Virus record (IMG/VR): IMGVR_UViG_3300015203_000003
Location: 1-55,235 of that record
Origin: a virus
DNA: 55,235 nt
Direction: 5' to 3' (one strand)
In this document: one piece after another, positions 31,395 to 39,931 of the stretch
How positions within the stretch are numbered: the first letter of the stretch is position 1
Layout of the letters: each line of letters opens with the position of its first letter
The notes under the pieces: model-generated
The model's database searches: none
What the model saw: only the letters and a program-made list of their open reading frames with translations
Told to the model about the DNA's origin: nothing
Translations under genes and position numbers: made by a program

Positions 31395-31943
31395 ATGGCC
31401 AAAAACATGATCGACCCCACTTCCAAATTCCCCGTCAATGCCCGCGTGAAACTGCCCGATGGCCAGAAGGCGACCGTGCGAGACTTCGCGTTCTACGAGA
31501 ACCAGGGGTTTCTCTACGCCGTCAGTTCCGACCTCGCGCCCTCCCATACCCGGCTAGACGTGCCGGAGTCGCATCTGACCGCCATTGACGAAGGCGCGGC
31601 CTCCTCGCCCCAAGACCAGGTTTCCACCGCTACGGTGACGAACGGGCACCAAGTCGGGGTGAATCTATACCTCTCCGGCCATGAACTGCCGGAAGACGCG
31701 AGCGAGGCGACGAAAGAGGGTTACGTGGAAGCCAAGCGGCTTGCGGAGGAGCAGGCCGAGAAGAGCGGGGCCATCCCGCCCGTGCCGTACGAGGCCGGAA
31801 CTCAGGAAGCCAAGGATTACGAAGCGGGTGTCCAAGCGTTCCACGAAGGAGCAGTCGAGCCCGAGGCGAGCAACCCGAGCGAACCGTACAAGCACGGGTA
31901 CGCGGATGCCAAGTCCGGTAGCAAGGTGCCTGCCGCCGTCTAA
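31395..31943 (+). CDS. Hypothetical acidic protein
   Basis: AAGGTGAG Shine-Dalgarno sequence. 182 aa. Confidence 0.55.
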   Translation: MAKNMIDPTSKFPVNARVKLPDGQKATVRDFAFYENQGFLYAVSSDLAPSHTRLDVPESHLTAIDEGAASSPQDQVSTATVTNGHQVGVNLYLSGHELPEDASEATKEGYVEAKRLAEEQAEKSGAIPPVPYEAGTQEAKDYEAGVQAFHEGAVEPEASNPSEPYKHGYADAKSGSKVPAAV

Positions 31944-32146
31944 CCGACCTTCGCTCCCTTGAAGCGGTCCCGGATATTCGCGGCGAAGTAGCCGCCGACA
32001 CTCTCTGCCTCCATCAGCTTCTGTGCGATGGAAGGCGGCACGTTTTGGTAGTGGTAAACGGCACCCGTCTTGAACTCGACACTCAAGACATTCTTTTCGT
32101 GGCCGATGGCTTTGATGCTCGATGAATCGACGGGTGTGCGTTGCAT
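31940..32146 (-). CDS. KTSC-domain protein
   Basis: ATG 32146 (the track start at 32182 is TTG). SSSIKAIGHEKNVLSVEFKTGAVYHYQNVPPSIAQKLMEAESVGGYF fits the KTSC pattern. It is the only minus-strand gene in the late region. Confidence 0.65.
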   Translation of the reverse strand: MQRTPVDSSSIKAIGHEKNVLSVEFKTGAVYHYQNVPPSIAQKLMEAESVGGYFAANIRDRFKGAKVG

Positions 32147-32176
32147 AAAAACGATGGTGACAGTTTCGAAATAGGC

Positions 32177-32205
32177 TTGCAATTCAATATCAGCCCATCC
32201 AATAG
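32177..32205 (+). promoter_or_regulatory. Late promoter-like element TTGCAA-N17-CAATAG(CGCGAC)
   Basis: Member of the CAATAGCGCGA family. The -10 ends 9 nt before ATG 32215. Confidence 0.55.
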
Positions 32206-32214
32206 CGCGACTTT

Positions 32215-32583
32215 ATGGCCCTTAAATCTCTCGCCGTCTCCGACATCCCCTCTCCAACCGTGGACGCTCCCAGCACTTCTGAGGAGCCGGAAAACTCGGT
32301 GATGGATTTGAGCAGCGATCAGGTATCCGAAGCGGGCATGGGCGGCGCGAAAGTGGGCGACATCTTTACAGCCACGGTCAAGATGAAGGTGAGCCGGGTG
32401 CCTGACCCGAGCGATTTGAACAGCGGCGGTATCGGAGTGGAGCTGGTGAATATCAGCGATGCCAAGCCGGCCAAGGAAGAGGACGAGCCGGACAACCCAG
32501 CAGAGGCCCGCATCTTTTCACCCAAGCCCAGCAACAAGCCGGTGAGTCCAAAGGATGCGGGATTCGGCGACGAGGAGGAATAA
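32215..32583 (+). CDS. Hypothetical acidic protein (probably highly expressed)
   Basis: Starts right after a CAATAGCGCGAC element with no Shine-Dalgarno sequence. Confidence 0.55.
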   Translation: MALKSLAVSDIPSPTVDAPSTSEEPENSVMDLSSDQVSEAGMGGAKVGDIFTATVKMKVSRVPDPSDLNSGGIGVELVNISDAKPAKEEDEPDNPAEARIFSPKPSNKPVSPKDAGFGDEEE

Positions 32584-32584
32584 A

Positions 32585-32923
32585 ATGGACGTAAGCCCTC
32601 AAATGCCACTCGCCCAGACGGCCAGTCTCCCGCTCAACATGAGCGACATCCTCGCCCAGATGCCAATCAAGAAGCCGATGGCCCAGGAGGCACCCGTGCC
32701 AGGCCCAGCGGCAGGCGTGCAGCAGATGGCACCGCCACCGGACGCGGCAGACCCCGGCGCCGCACCGCAGCCGCCGTACACCGTGCGGTTGCAACCCGAT
32801 GGCTCGAGCGTGTACGAGATAACCACAGGACTGCCGCCGGGCGCGCCGCCGATCATCATCGGAGTGAATAAACCGCCAAATCTTCCGCCCGCACTCCAAC
32901 AGCCGAAGGTGCCCACACAATAA
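32585..32923 (+). CDS. Pro-rich hypothetical protein
   Basis: Internal ATG at 32585, 2 nt after the upstream stop. Confidence 0.5.
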   Translation: MDVSPQMPLAQTASLPLNMSDILAQMPIKKPMAQEAPVPGPAAGVQQMAPPPDAADPGAAPQPPYTVRLQPDGSSVYEITTGLPPGAPPIIIGVNKPPNLPPALQQPKVPTQ

Positions 32924-32936
32924 GGAGCAGTCGCGA

Positions 32937-33464
32937 ATGCCCGACGCTCCAGCCATAGTGCCACATGGGCGTGCCGTCGCATCACAAACCGTCGCCGCAT
33001 CGCCAACTCCATTAACGGTTACTTCTGCGCCGGTGGCACCGCAGTACGAAACCACTCTTTCGCCTGAAGAAGAGCAGCAATTTTCGCAATGGAAGATGCG
33101 CTATGCGCCTCATGACACCGGCGAAGATTACGATCTACGCGGGGCCTTTAGGGCAGGATTGAAACCCGACGCTGTACGCGGCCATTTCCCCGACACATAC
33201 AAAAAGCCAAATCATCCCACGTTTTCCGTGGAATCAATGTATTCCACCCCAGATCAGCCAGGCGGCGCTTGGGGCCGAATCGATGGGAGAGACACCTTTG
33301 AGCCATCATCCTTCATGATGAAGGATTCGGAGCGCATTAAAAACCTCCAGAACTATTTCAAAAAACGAGAGCCAGCGGCAAAGTTAATACTTCCCGCGAC
33401 CGCCGCATTCACTCCCAATCCTCCCATGGGCGCGGTCACTCCAATCCAAGCCGGAATCCAATAG
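32937..33464 (+). CDS. Hypothetical conserved phage protein
   Basis: AAGGAG Shine-Dalgarno sequence. The DYDLRGAFRAGLKPD...KKPNHPTFSVES motif recurs in phage proteins of unknown function as far as I recall. Confidence 0.55.
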   Translation: MPDAPAIVPHGRAVASQTVAASPTPLTVTSAPVAPQYETTLSPEEEQQFSQWKMRYAPHDTGEDYDLRGAFRAGLKPDAVRGHFPDTYKKPNHPTFSVESMYSTPDQPGGAWGRIDGRDTFEPSSFMMKDSERIKNLQNYFKKREPAAKLILPATAAFTPNPPMGAVTPIQAGIQ

Positions 33465-33477
33465 CCACTCTTTAGTC

Positions 33478-35610
33478 ATGGACAAACTCCTCGCCCAAAG
33501 ACTGGACGCCAAATCCGTCCGGTACGACGACGCTTTCTTTTCGAAGATGGCGAAACTCGCCTGCGACTACGTGACGGCAGGCAACCAGGTCCTTCAATAC
33601 TACGTTTGCGACCTCGACGCGGCCCATGACGCCGCACAGTGCTACGCCCAGGTCCCGGATTCCGTTTGCCAAAACGCCGGCGCCAAGTTCGACCGGATGA
33701 AGCCCGACAACTTCATCCACCCGATGACCGCGACCGAGATGACAACCATCTCTACTTTCGCTTCCCAGATCATTTTCGGCGGCGCAAGCACGCGAAAGGT
33801 CGAACCCCGGAAGGACGAGGACGAGAAGAAGGCGGATGCGGTCAACGAACTCCTGCAATGGAACGACGACCAGCAGGACACCTACCAGCAGGGGCTGCTC
33901 TTTTGCTGGGATGCCGTGACGTTCAATCGCGGCATCATGTATGACCACTGGAAACCGATCATGCAGATCGACGTGGAGAAAGTGGAGGAGGAGATTCCGG
34001 CAGCCGAGGCGAAGAACGAGAAGGGGAAACTGCGCAAGGCCAAACCCGAGACGCAAACCCGATGGCGCAAGGTCCGGAAACAGATTGGCGGGTTCAACAA
34101 GATCGAACTCATCAGCCCCTACGATTTTATCTGCGATCCGATGCTCCCTTTGCGCCGGATGCAGGAGGGACGATTCGCCGGGCACCGGGTCATGATTCCA
34201 TGGCTGGAATTGAAGCGCCGATCCGAACTCGATGCCGAGGACTACGATTACGTGCTGCCCTCGACCGTGGCGAAGTTGAAGGATAAGCCGATGGCCGCCG
34301 GGGCCTCGCGGTTAATGACCAGCGTTTCTTCGCCATCAGCCGGTGCCATGAGGAGCCGCACCTACTACGAGCGGATGAGGCGGGGAGCGCCCACGGGCTA
34401 CACCGGGACAACCGAATCGGTGAACAAGGAAGACGGCGGAATGATTGAGTGCTTTTGCATCAATATCCGTGTCTCCCCAAAAGCCTACGACATTTACGCC
34501 GACACCGAGCCGGAGATCGTCCAGATCCTCACCTCGGGAGACAAAGGGCTGTTGAGCGTCAACATCCTGCCGAACAAGCACGACGAATATCCGTATGGGG
34601 TAGGCGAGGCGCGGCCGCATGCCCATTACCAATTTTCACCGTCATGGGCGCTAATCATAAAGCCGATCCAAGACTACGTTGATTACTTCAAGAAACGCCG
34701 CCAGGAATCACTCGCCAGGACGAGCGGCAATATCTTCATCGGCGACCCGACAAAGGTTGATTTTGCAGCGTTCACCGATCCAAACAAGGACGGCCTTTTC
34801 ATCCCTATCACCGCCGAGGCCGCGGGCACCCCGATTGACCAGATTATCAAGCAGGTGCAGGTGCATGACACGACCGCCGAGTTTCATCAAGAAATGCTGG
34901 CATGGATGGAGCAGGCCGAGGTGGCGACCGGAGCCCACGCACCGCTACAGGGGCAGACGGATGACCCGAGCCAGTCTGCGACTCAGTTCGCTGGCGTGCA
35001 ACAGATGGGCGTAGGCCGTATGACATCGATGGCGCGCGTACTTTCCAACCAGGTCTTGCAGCCGCAGACCCGGCGATTCGTCTGCAACTTCCAGCAGTTC
35101 ATGCCAGACCAGATGATTATCCGGGTGACGGGTGACACGAGCAACTACGACCCGGATCAGCCGCCGCAGAAGTACATGGAGATTCGACGGGCCGATATTC
35201 AAGCGGAATTCGACGTGATCCCCCACGATGGCACCATGCCGGGGACGGACGCGAAACAGGTCGCGGCCATTTCGAGGATCATCGAGGCGTCAGCGAACCC
35301 AATCTTCGCCCGATGCTTTGACGACACGATTCCCGGTTCGCTCGACCCGAAGAAACTCCTGTACGAAGGGGCGAGCAAGAGTGGTATGCGGCTCTCGAAC
35401 TTCATTGTCTCACGCGAGGTTGCCCAGAAAAATCTAATGATGAGAATGCAGGCGGCCGGCGGCGGAATTCCTTTACCAGGCGCACCCGGAGCACCCGCCG
35501 GACCTCAACCGGCTCCAGGTGGACCACCCGGATTGCCCATGCCCAGCGCGGGGGCAATTCCACCGACCCCAACGGCAACCCCGCCCGGTCCTAACCCAGC
35601 CACGATATGA
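33478..35610 (+). CDS. Portal protein
   Basis: 710 aa. First large gene after the terminase region and before scaffold and capsid. Pro/Gly-rich C-terminal tail. Confidence 0.7.
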   Translation: MDKLLAQRLDAKSVRYDDAFFSKMAKLACDYVTAGNQVLQYYVCDLDAAHDAAQCYAQVPDSVCQNAGAKFDRMKPDNFIHPMTATEMTTISTFASQIIFGGASTRKVEPRKDEDEKKADAVNELLQWNDDQQDTYQQGLLFCWDAVTFNRGIMYDHWKPIMQIDVEKVEEEIPAAEAKNEKGKLRKAKPETQTRWRKVRKQIGGFNKIELISPYDFICDPMLPLRRMQEGRFAGHRVMIPWLELKRRSELDAEDYDYVLPSTVAKLKDKPMAAGASRLMTSVSSPSAGAMRSRTYYERMRRGAPTGYTGTTESVNKEDGGMIECFCINIRVSPKAYDIYADTEPEIVQILTSGDKGLLSVNILPNKHDEYPYGVGEARPHAHYQFSPSWALIIKPIQDYVDYFKKRRQESLARTSGNIFIGDPTKVDFAAFTDPNKDGLFIPITAEAAGTPIDQIIKQVQVHDTTAEFHQEMLAWMEQAEVATGAHAPLQGQTDDPSQSATQFAGVQQMGVGRMTSMARVLSNQVLQPQTRRFVCNFQQFMPDQMIIRVTGDTSNYDPDQPPQKYMEIRRADIQAEFDVIPHDGTMPGTDAKQVAAISRIIEASANPIFARCFDDTIPGSLDPKKLLYEGASKSGMRLSNFIVSREVAQKNLMMRMQAAGGGIPLPGAPGAPAGPQPAPGGPPGLPMPSAGAIPPTPTATPPGPNPATI

Positions 35611-35858
35611 GCGCCGAAGAAGACGCCGCCATCTGCAAAGCGGCCATGATCGCTCCCGAGCAACTGTTTTCCGCCCGGCAAGAGTGGGCGCGGAGACCGA
35701 TCATGCGCAAGGTGCTGGAAGCCAAGCTCGAAATAGAGATCGCTGCCCGCCGCAACACCCTCGAAACCGCCGATGCCGAAAAGATTCAAAAAGAGCAGGG
35801 GGCAATCATTGGCCTCCGAACAGCCCTCGGTATTATTTCCCACCAAGCCAAACCCTAA
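35607..35858 (+). CDS. Hypothetical head-module protein
   Basis: ATGA overlap with the portal gene. Helical, 83 aa. Confidence 0.5.
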   Translation: MSAEEDAAICKAAMIAPEQLFSARQEWARRPIMRKVLEAKLEIEIAARRNTLETADAEKIQKEQGAIIGLRTALGIISHQAKP

Positions 35859-35861
35859 AAT

Positions 35862-36995
35862 ATGAAACGCTACCACCGATTCTCAAACCTATTCATGGCT
35901 GCCGATATTGACCCCGGAGCGGCACCCGCACCGGAAGTGCCTGCCACCGCCGCACCCGAACCTACTGGCACCATGCCGCAGCAGAAAGGCGAAACCCTAT
36001 CGCCAATGAAGGCTCTGGGCCTGCCGGAATCCCCGTCAAAAGACTTGGAGGCGATTCGCAAGGGGCTTGTCGGGCGCAACAAAGATTTGACCGTGCCGAT
36101 CCCGAAGCGCACGGCATCACCGGCCACGAAACCCGAAACCACTCCGGCCCCAACGGCACCGGGTGCTAAAAAGCCCGCTGCACCCGCACCTGCGGCCCCA
36201 GCGCCGCCCGCTCCGGCTCCCGTCGCCAAAATCAAAGTGGGCGACAAGGAATATACCCCCGAGGAACTGGCGGCGAAGATCGCCAAAGCCGATGCGCCGC
36301 CAACCGCTCCGATACCACCCGCCGCACCTGCCACCCCAGCAGCTCCAGCGGCACCGGATACCACGGCGGAAGCCGCTGCAAAGCAGAAGCACCTCGACTA
36401 TCTCACCGAGTTGACCAACGGCATCAAACTGGAAGACGACGGAATTATCCTGAATGAAGAGGAGTGGGATAAAATCCTGTCGGGCGGGCCGGATGGCGTG
36501 ACGGCAGTGAAAGCGCTGCTCTCTCGCCAATCCGCCGCCACGGAACTCCGGACCCGGAAATGGCTGGAGGAGAATTTGAATCCGATCTTGGACAACCTCC
36601 ATAAATCTCTCTCGCCCATCCAGCAGGCTCAGCAGCAGATGCAGAGCGATCAGTGGAAGAACGGATTCGAGGCGGCAAACCCCGACTTGAAGGGACGTGA
36701 CCAGCTTCGCGAAGCCACCCGCGAGGCATTGGTGAAACATTACCCGCAGGACGTGGCGAAGATGACGCAGGAGCAATTCGATACCGAGGTCGCGGCGCAT
36801 ATGCGGGCGACCATTCAGGTCATTGGAGGAGCGCCTACCCCGCCCCCGACGGCTCCCGTAGTTGCCGCGCCGGACCCGGCAGCACCCGCCGCGCCGGAGT
36901 CACCAAAACCGCCGACTGGCCAACTTGGCGGCACCGCCGCGCCTCGCAACTCAAACGCGCAGGCCGAAATGGCAAAGCAGATCGCGGGAATGTAG
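35862..36995 (+). CDS. Scaffolding protein candidate
   Basis: Ala/Pro-rich N-terminal half and helical, charged C-terminal half. Lies between portal and capsid. Confidence 0.55.
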   Translation: MKRYHRFSNLFMAADIDPGAAPAPEVPATAAPEPTGTMPQQKGETLSPMKALGLPESPSKDLEAIRKGLVGRNKDLTVPIPKRTASPATKPETTPAPTAPGAKKPAAPAPAAPAPPAPAPVAKIKVGDKEYTPEELAAKIAKADAPPTAPIPPAAPATPAAPAAPDTTAEAAAKQKHLDYLTELTNGIKLEDDGIILNEEEWDKILSGGPDGVTAVKALLSRQSAATELRTRKWLEENLNPILDNLHKSLSPIQQAQQQMQSDQWKNGFEAANPDLKGRDQLREATREALVKHYPQDVAKMTQEQFDTEVAAHMRATIQVIGGAPTPPPTAPVVAAPDPAAPAAPESPKPPTGQLGGTAAPRNSNAQAEMAKQIAGM

Positions 36996-36996
36996 C

Positions 36997-37179
36997 ATGC
37001 CGAAGAAGAAGGCATGGGGGGGAAAACGCGACGGCGCGGGCCGGAAGCCAAAGTTTGGCGTCGTACTGAAAGCTTGCGTCATGGAGAGCACGAAAAGGGC
37101 GATTGACGGCCTGGCGTTCAAGAGAAACAGGTCCCGCGGTGAAATCCTGGACGAACTCGCCGCTGCGATAAAAGCATAA
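36997..37179 (+). CDS. Ribbon-helix-helix-like small DNA-binding protein
   Basis: Internal ATG at 36997. MPKKKAWGGKRDGAGRKPK tail, then a strand-helix-helix pattern (VVLKACVMESTKRAIDGLAFKRNRSRGEILDELAAAIK). Confidence 0.45.
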   Translation: MPKKKAWGGKRDGAGRKPKFGVVLKACVMESTKRAIDGLAFKRNRSRGEILDELAAAIKA

Positions 37180-37240
37180 GCATCAGTAGTGCCAAGGTTG
37201 GGAATATTTGATTTCTCAAATCCTAAATTCAAGATCGGGC

Positions 37241-37269
37241 TTGGCAGATTGTCTCCGAGGACACAATAG
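37241..37269 (+). promoter_or_regulatory. Late promoter-like element TTGGCA-N17-CAATAG(CGCGAG)
   Basis: The -10 ends 8 nt before ATG 37278 of the capsid gene. Confidence 0.55.
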
Positions 37270-37277
37270 CGCGAGCA

Positions 37278-38633
37278 ATGAAGCCCAAGTACCTCTTGCA
37301 CTCGATTTTCCTTTTGCTTTCGCTGGCGCTGTTCTGCGCTGGTAAACAAGGGGAAGCCACCCTCCTCTTTGTTTCGGCGCTCCTCCTGGACGCCACACTC
37401 GCCAAGCGAACCAGCTTTACGTTTTCGAACGTGGCAGGTTTCTTGAGCACGGCGACCGCCCAGACGAACGATCTCGTCGGCGAATGGCAGGAGACGGTCC
37501 TCGTCCGAAACGCCAAGGGTTTCAATACCGGTTCTACCCTGTTCGGCCTGATGTCTCGCTTGAAGAGCGAGCCTGCCGATAACATGACTTTCAACTGGTG
37601 GGAGCGCGACCCGACCCGGCTGAACTTTTACTCCGATGCCGGCTACTCTTCGGGTGCCACGACCCTGCAATGGCAGGACCAGCTCGGCGCTTACGGCGTG
37701 TGGCCGTTGCTCGACCAGAACGCGATCCTGCTCAACTCCCGCACCTTGGAGCGTGTCCGTGTGGCCGCCGCACCGACAACTGATGCCGTGACCGTGGCGC
37801 GTGGCGTGCAGGGCACGACCGCCGCCGCCGTGCTCATCACGGACCTTTGGACGCTGATTACGCTGGCCAAAGACGAAGGCGCGAACCCCGCCCGATCCAG
37901 CTACGAGCAGCCCACCGCCTACCAGAACGTCATCCAGACGTTCAACGAATCGGTGCTGCTCACCAACGCCTACAAGGCTGGCGTGCTTCGTACCGATTTG
38001 GACGGCCCGCTCATGGAGCGCCGGGTGCATGCGCTGGAGAAGATCGCGAACAAGATCGAACTCGCCTACTTCCTGGGCGTCAAAGAACTGGCCACCGGCA
38101 ACAACGGAACCATCTTCTACACGGGCGGCATTCAGAGCGCGGTGGACGCGGCGGGCTTGACCGCCAACGCGCTCAACGGCCTCGGCTCGACCGGCGTGAC
38201 GCTCGACACGTTCAAGACCTGGCTGCAAAGCTTCATGGTCTTCGGTTCCGATACCAAGCTGGCCTTCTGCGGCCCGCAGGCATACGCCGCGATCTCGAAC
38301 TACGCGAACACCGCAGCCGGCGGATTCCGGATCATGAATCAGGAGACGGTGTTCGGTATGAACATCACGAACATCGTGACGCCGTACGGAGAACTCTCCC
38401 TCGCCTTCCACCCGCTCTTCCAGAACGCAGCGGCCTACAACGGATACATGGCGGTCATCGACCTTCAGTTGCTCGTGCAGAAAGTGGTGGAACCGCTATT
38501 CCTGGAGCCGAACATCCAGCTTCCCGGGCAGGACTCCTACCAGGAGCAGTTCCGCGCCAAGCTGGGCTTAAAACTCAAGTTCCCCGCCGCCTTCGGGTAC
38601 GCGATGAACCTGCAAAAGATCACTGCGGTCTAA
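37278..38633 (+). CDS. Major capsid protein (HK97-fold, SU10/DUF5309-like by motif memory)
   Basis: 451 aa, positioned after the scaffold gene. NMTFNWWERD and the C-terminal YGELSLAFHPLF...MAVIDL resemble this capsid family. An unusual hydrophobic stretch of about 45 aa sits at the N-terminus. Confidence 0.7.
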   Translation: MKPKYLLHSIFLLLSLALFCAGKQGEATLLFVSALLLDATLAKRTSFTFSNVAGFLSTATAQTNDLVGEWQETVLVRNAKGFNTGSTLFGLMSRLKSEPADNMTFNWWERDPTRLNFYSDAGYSSGATTLQWQDQLGAYGVWPLLDQNAILLNSRTLERVRVAAAPTTDAVTVARGVQGTTAAAVLITDLWTLITLAKDEGANPARSSYEQPTAYQNVIQTFNESVLLTNAYKAGVLRTDLDGPLMERRVHALEKIANKIELAYFLGVKELATGNNGTIFYTGGIQSAVDAAGLTANALNGLGSTGVTLDTFKTWLQSFMVFGSDTKLAFCGPQAYAAISNYANTAAGGFRIMNQETVFGMNITNIVTPYGELSLAFHPLFQNAAAYNGYMAVIDLQLLVQKVVEPLFLEPNIQLPGQDSYQEQFRAKLGLKLKFPAAFGYAMNLQKITAV

Positions 38634-38635
38634 TC

Positions 38636-38664
38636 TTGACGGCACGGCAAAAACCATCCAATAG
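38636..38664 (+). promoter_or_regulatory. Late promoter-like element TTGACG-N17-CAATAG(CGCGAC)
   Basis: The -10 ends 8 nt before ATG 38673. A 17-nt block is identical to the one at 32195..32211. Confidence 0.55.
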
Positions 38665-38672
38665 CGCGACCT

Positions 38673-38969
38673 ATGGCCATTGAAGTCTCAAGCCCCTCGG
38701 CTGCCGCTGGGGCGAACATCGAATCCGGTATGGCAGCATCCAAACCGGAAAGCCGTGGACTGGAGATGACGAGCCAGCCGGACGCGGCGAAGGCCAACCC
38801 CGAAAAGGGGCAGGTCTTCATCAAGAATCGGCTGAACGAGATCATCAAGCTGCCGGGTGGCAAGACATACCAGTTCAAGCACACCCGCGAAGTCATCACC
38901 GATCCGGAACTCATCAAAAAACTCAAACAGGTCGCCGACAAATATCAGATCATCATCCACGAGGAATAA
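38673..38969 (+). CDS. Hypothetical head-associated protein (decoration candidate)
   Basis: Has its own CAATAGCGCGAC element directly after the capsid gene. 98 aa. Confidence 0.5.
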   Translation: MAIEVSSPSAAAGANIESGMAASKPESRGLEMTSQPDAAKANPEKGQVFIKNRLNEIIKLPGGKTYQFKHTREVITDPELIKKLKQVADKYQIIIHEE

Positions 38970-38982
38970 CCCACACCCACTC

Positions 38983-39159
38983 ATGAACGAAAAAATCAAG
39001 AAAATGGCCGAGAGCGACGTGCTTTCCCCGGCTCGCACGAACGAGCAGAACATCAAGAACATCACCGGCACCTGCCCACCCACGAAGACGGTCGAGCAGA
39101 TCGACAAAATTAACAGTCCTTGCGGACGCGCGAAGCCCCCAGGCTCAGTCCGGGTTTGA
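38983..39159 (+). CDS. Small hypothetical protein
   Basis: Internal ATG at 38983. 58 aa. Last ORF before a strong terminator. Confidence 0.4.
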   Translation: MNEKIKKMAESDVLSPARTNEQNIKNITGTCPPTKTVEQIDKINSPCGRAKPPGSVRV

Positions 39160-39198
39160 TCGCAACGCCGCGCCGCTAACCACTGCGAAACCTTTTCA

Positions 39199-39239
39199 GG
39201 GCGCGGATTGGGGTAATCCCTGATCCGCGCCTTTTGTTT
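39199..39239 (+). terminator. Rho-independent terminator
   Basis: GGCGCGGAT (39200-39208) pairs with ATCCGCGCC (39223-39231). The stem extends inward to GGG/CCC around a TAAT loop and is followed by TTTTGTTT. Confidence 0.75.
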
Positions 39240-39244
39240 ACACC

Positions 39245-39928
39245 ATGAATTTGCAAGATTTAATCTTCGAGGTGGGCGAACTGAGTGCCGTCAGCCCGCG
39301 CATTCAGTCCGACATCAAGGGCTACATCAACCGCGCCCAGAAGGCGATTTGCGCGCGTAGAAACTGGACTTTTATGCAAGGAGTGCGCTCCTACACAATC
39401 CTCGCCGGCGCGACCAGCGTGAACCTGGACAGCACGTTCAAGTCCCTCACCGCCGAGACAAGCCCGGTGACGTGGAGTGACCCCATCAGCACGGCCCAGA
39501 TCCCGGTGAAGGTTCTCAGCCGAGAAGAGGCGCAGCGGTATAACTGGGCGCTCTATGCGCCGTATCAGCCGCCGGTGGCACCCGTGGCGACCCCGCCGAC
39601 GCCGTGGGTCTTCATCGACCGCGTGGGCGCGCAGTGGACGCTCAATAACTCCGTCATCAATACCACGAGCACGCAGAGCATGACCTACAATATCTCCGCG
39701 CTGTTTTACCCCGCCGACCTGGTGCTGGGCACGGACAGCAATGCGCTGACCAATGACGGGGAACTGGCGGAAGCGCTGGTTAATCTGGCCAAGGCCATTG
39801 CCTATTTCGCTGAGAAACCGGGCCACCCGGACGGGATGGCGGCGATGGCGCTCTACGAATCTCATTACCGGCAGGCGTGCTATTCGGATGCGCGGGCGAA
39901 AATCGGAGGAATGGCCGCACATTGGTAA
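39245..39928 (+). CDS. Head-tail adaptor/neck protein candidate
   Basis: First gene after the head-module terminator. 227 aa. Confidence 0.4.
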   Translation: MNLQDLIFEVGELSAVSPRIQSDIKGYINRAQKAICARRNWTFMQGVRSYTILAGATSVNLDSTFKSLTAETSPVTWSDPISTAQIPVKVLSREEAQRYNWALYAPYQPPVAPVATPPTPWVFIDRVGAQWTLNNSVINTTSTQSMTYNISALFYPADLVLGTDSNALTNDGELAEALVNLAKAIAYFAEKPGHPDGMAAMALYESHYRQACYSDARAKIGGMAAHW

Positions 39929-39931
39929 TCC

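Noticed and set aside
36951-38411. 486-aa minus-strand ORF antisense to the scaffold end, RHH and major capsid genes
   Set aside because: It is a typical shadow ORF of a GC-rich coding region. The product is Arg/Gly/His-rich and low in complexity. There is no start context, and it fully overlaps well-supported plus-strand genes.
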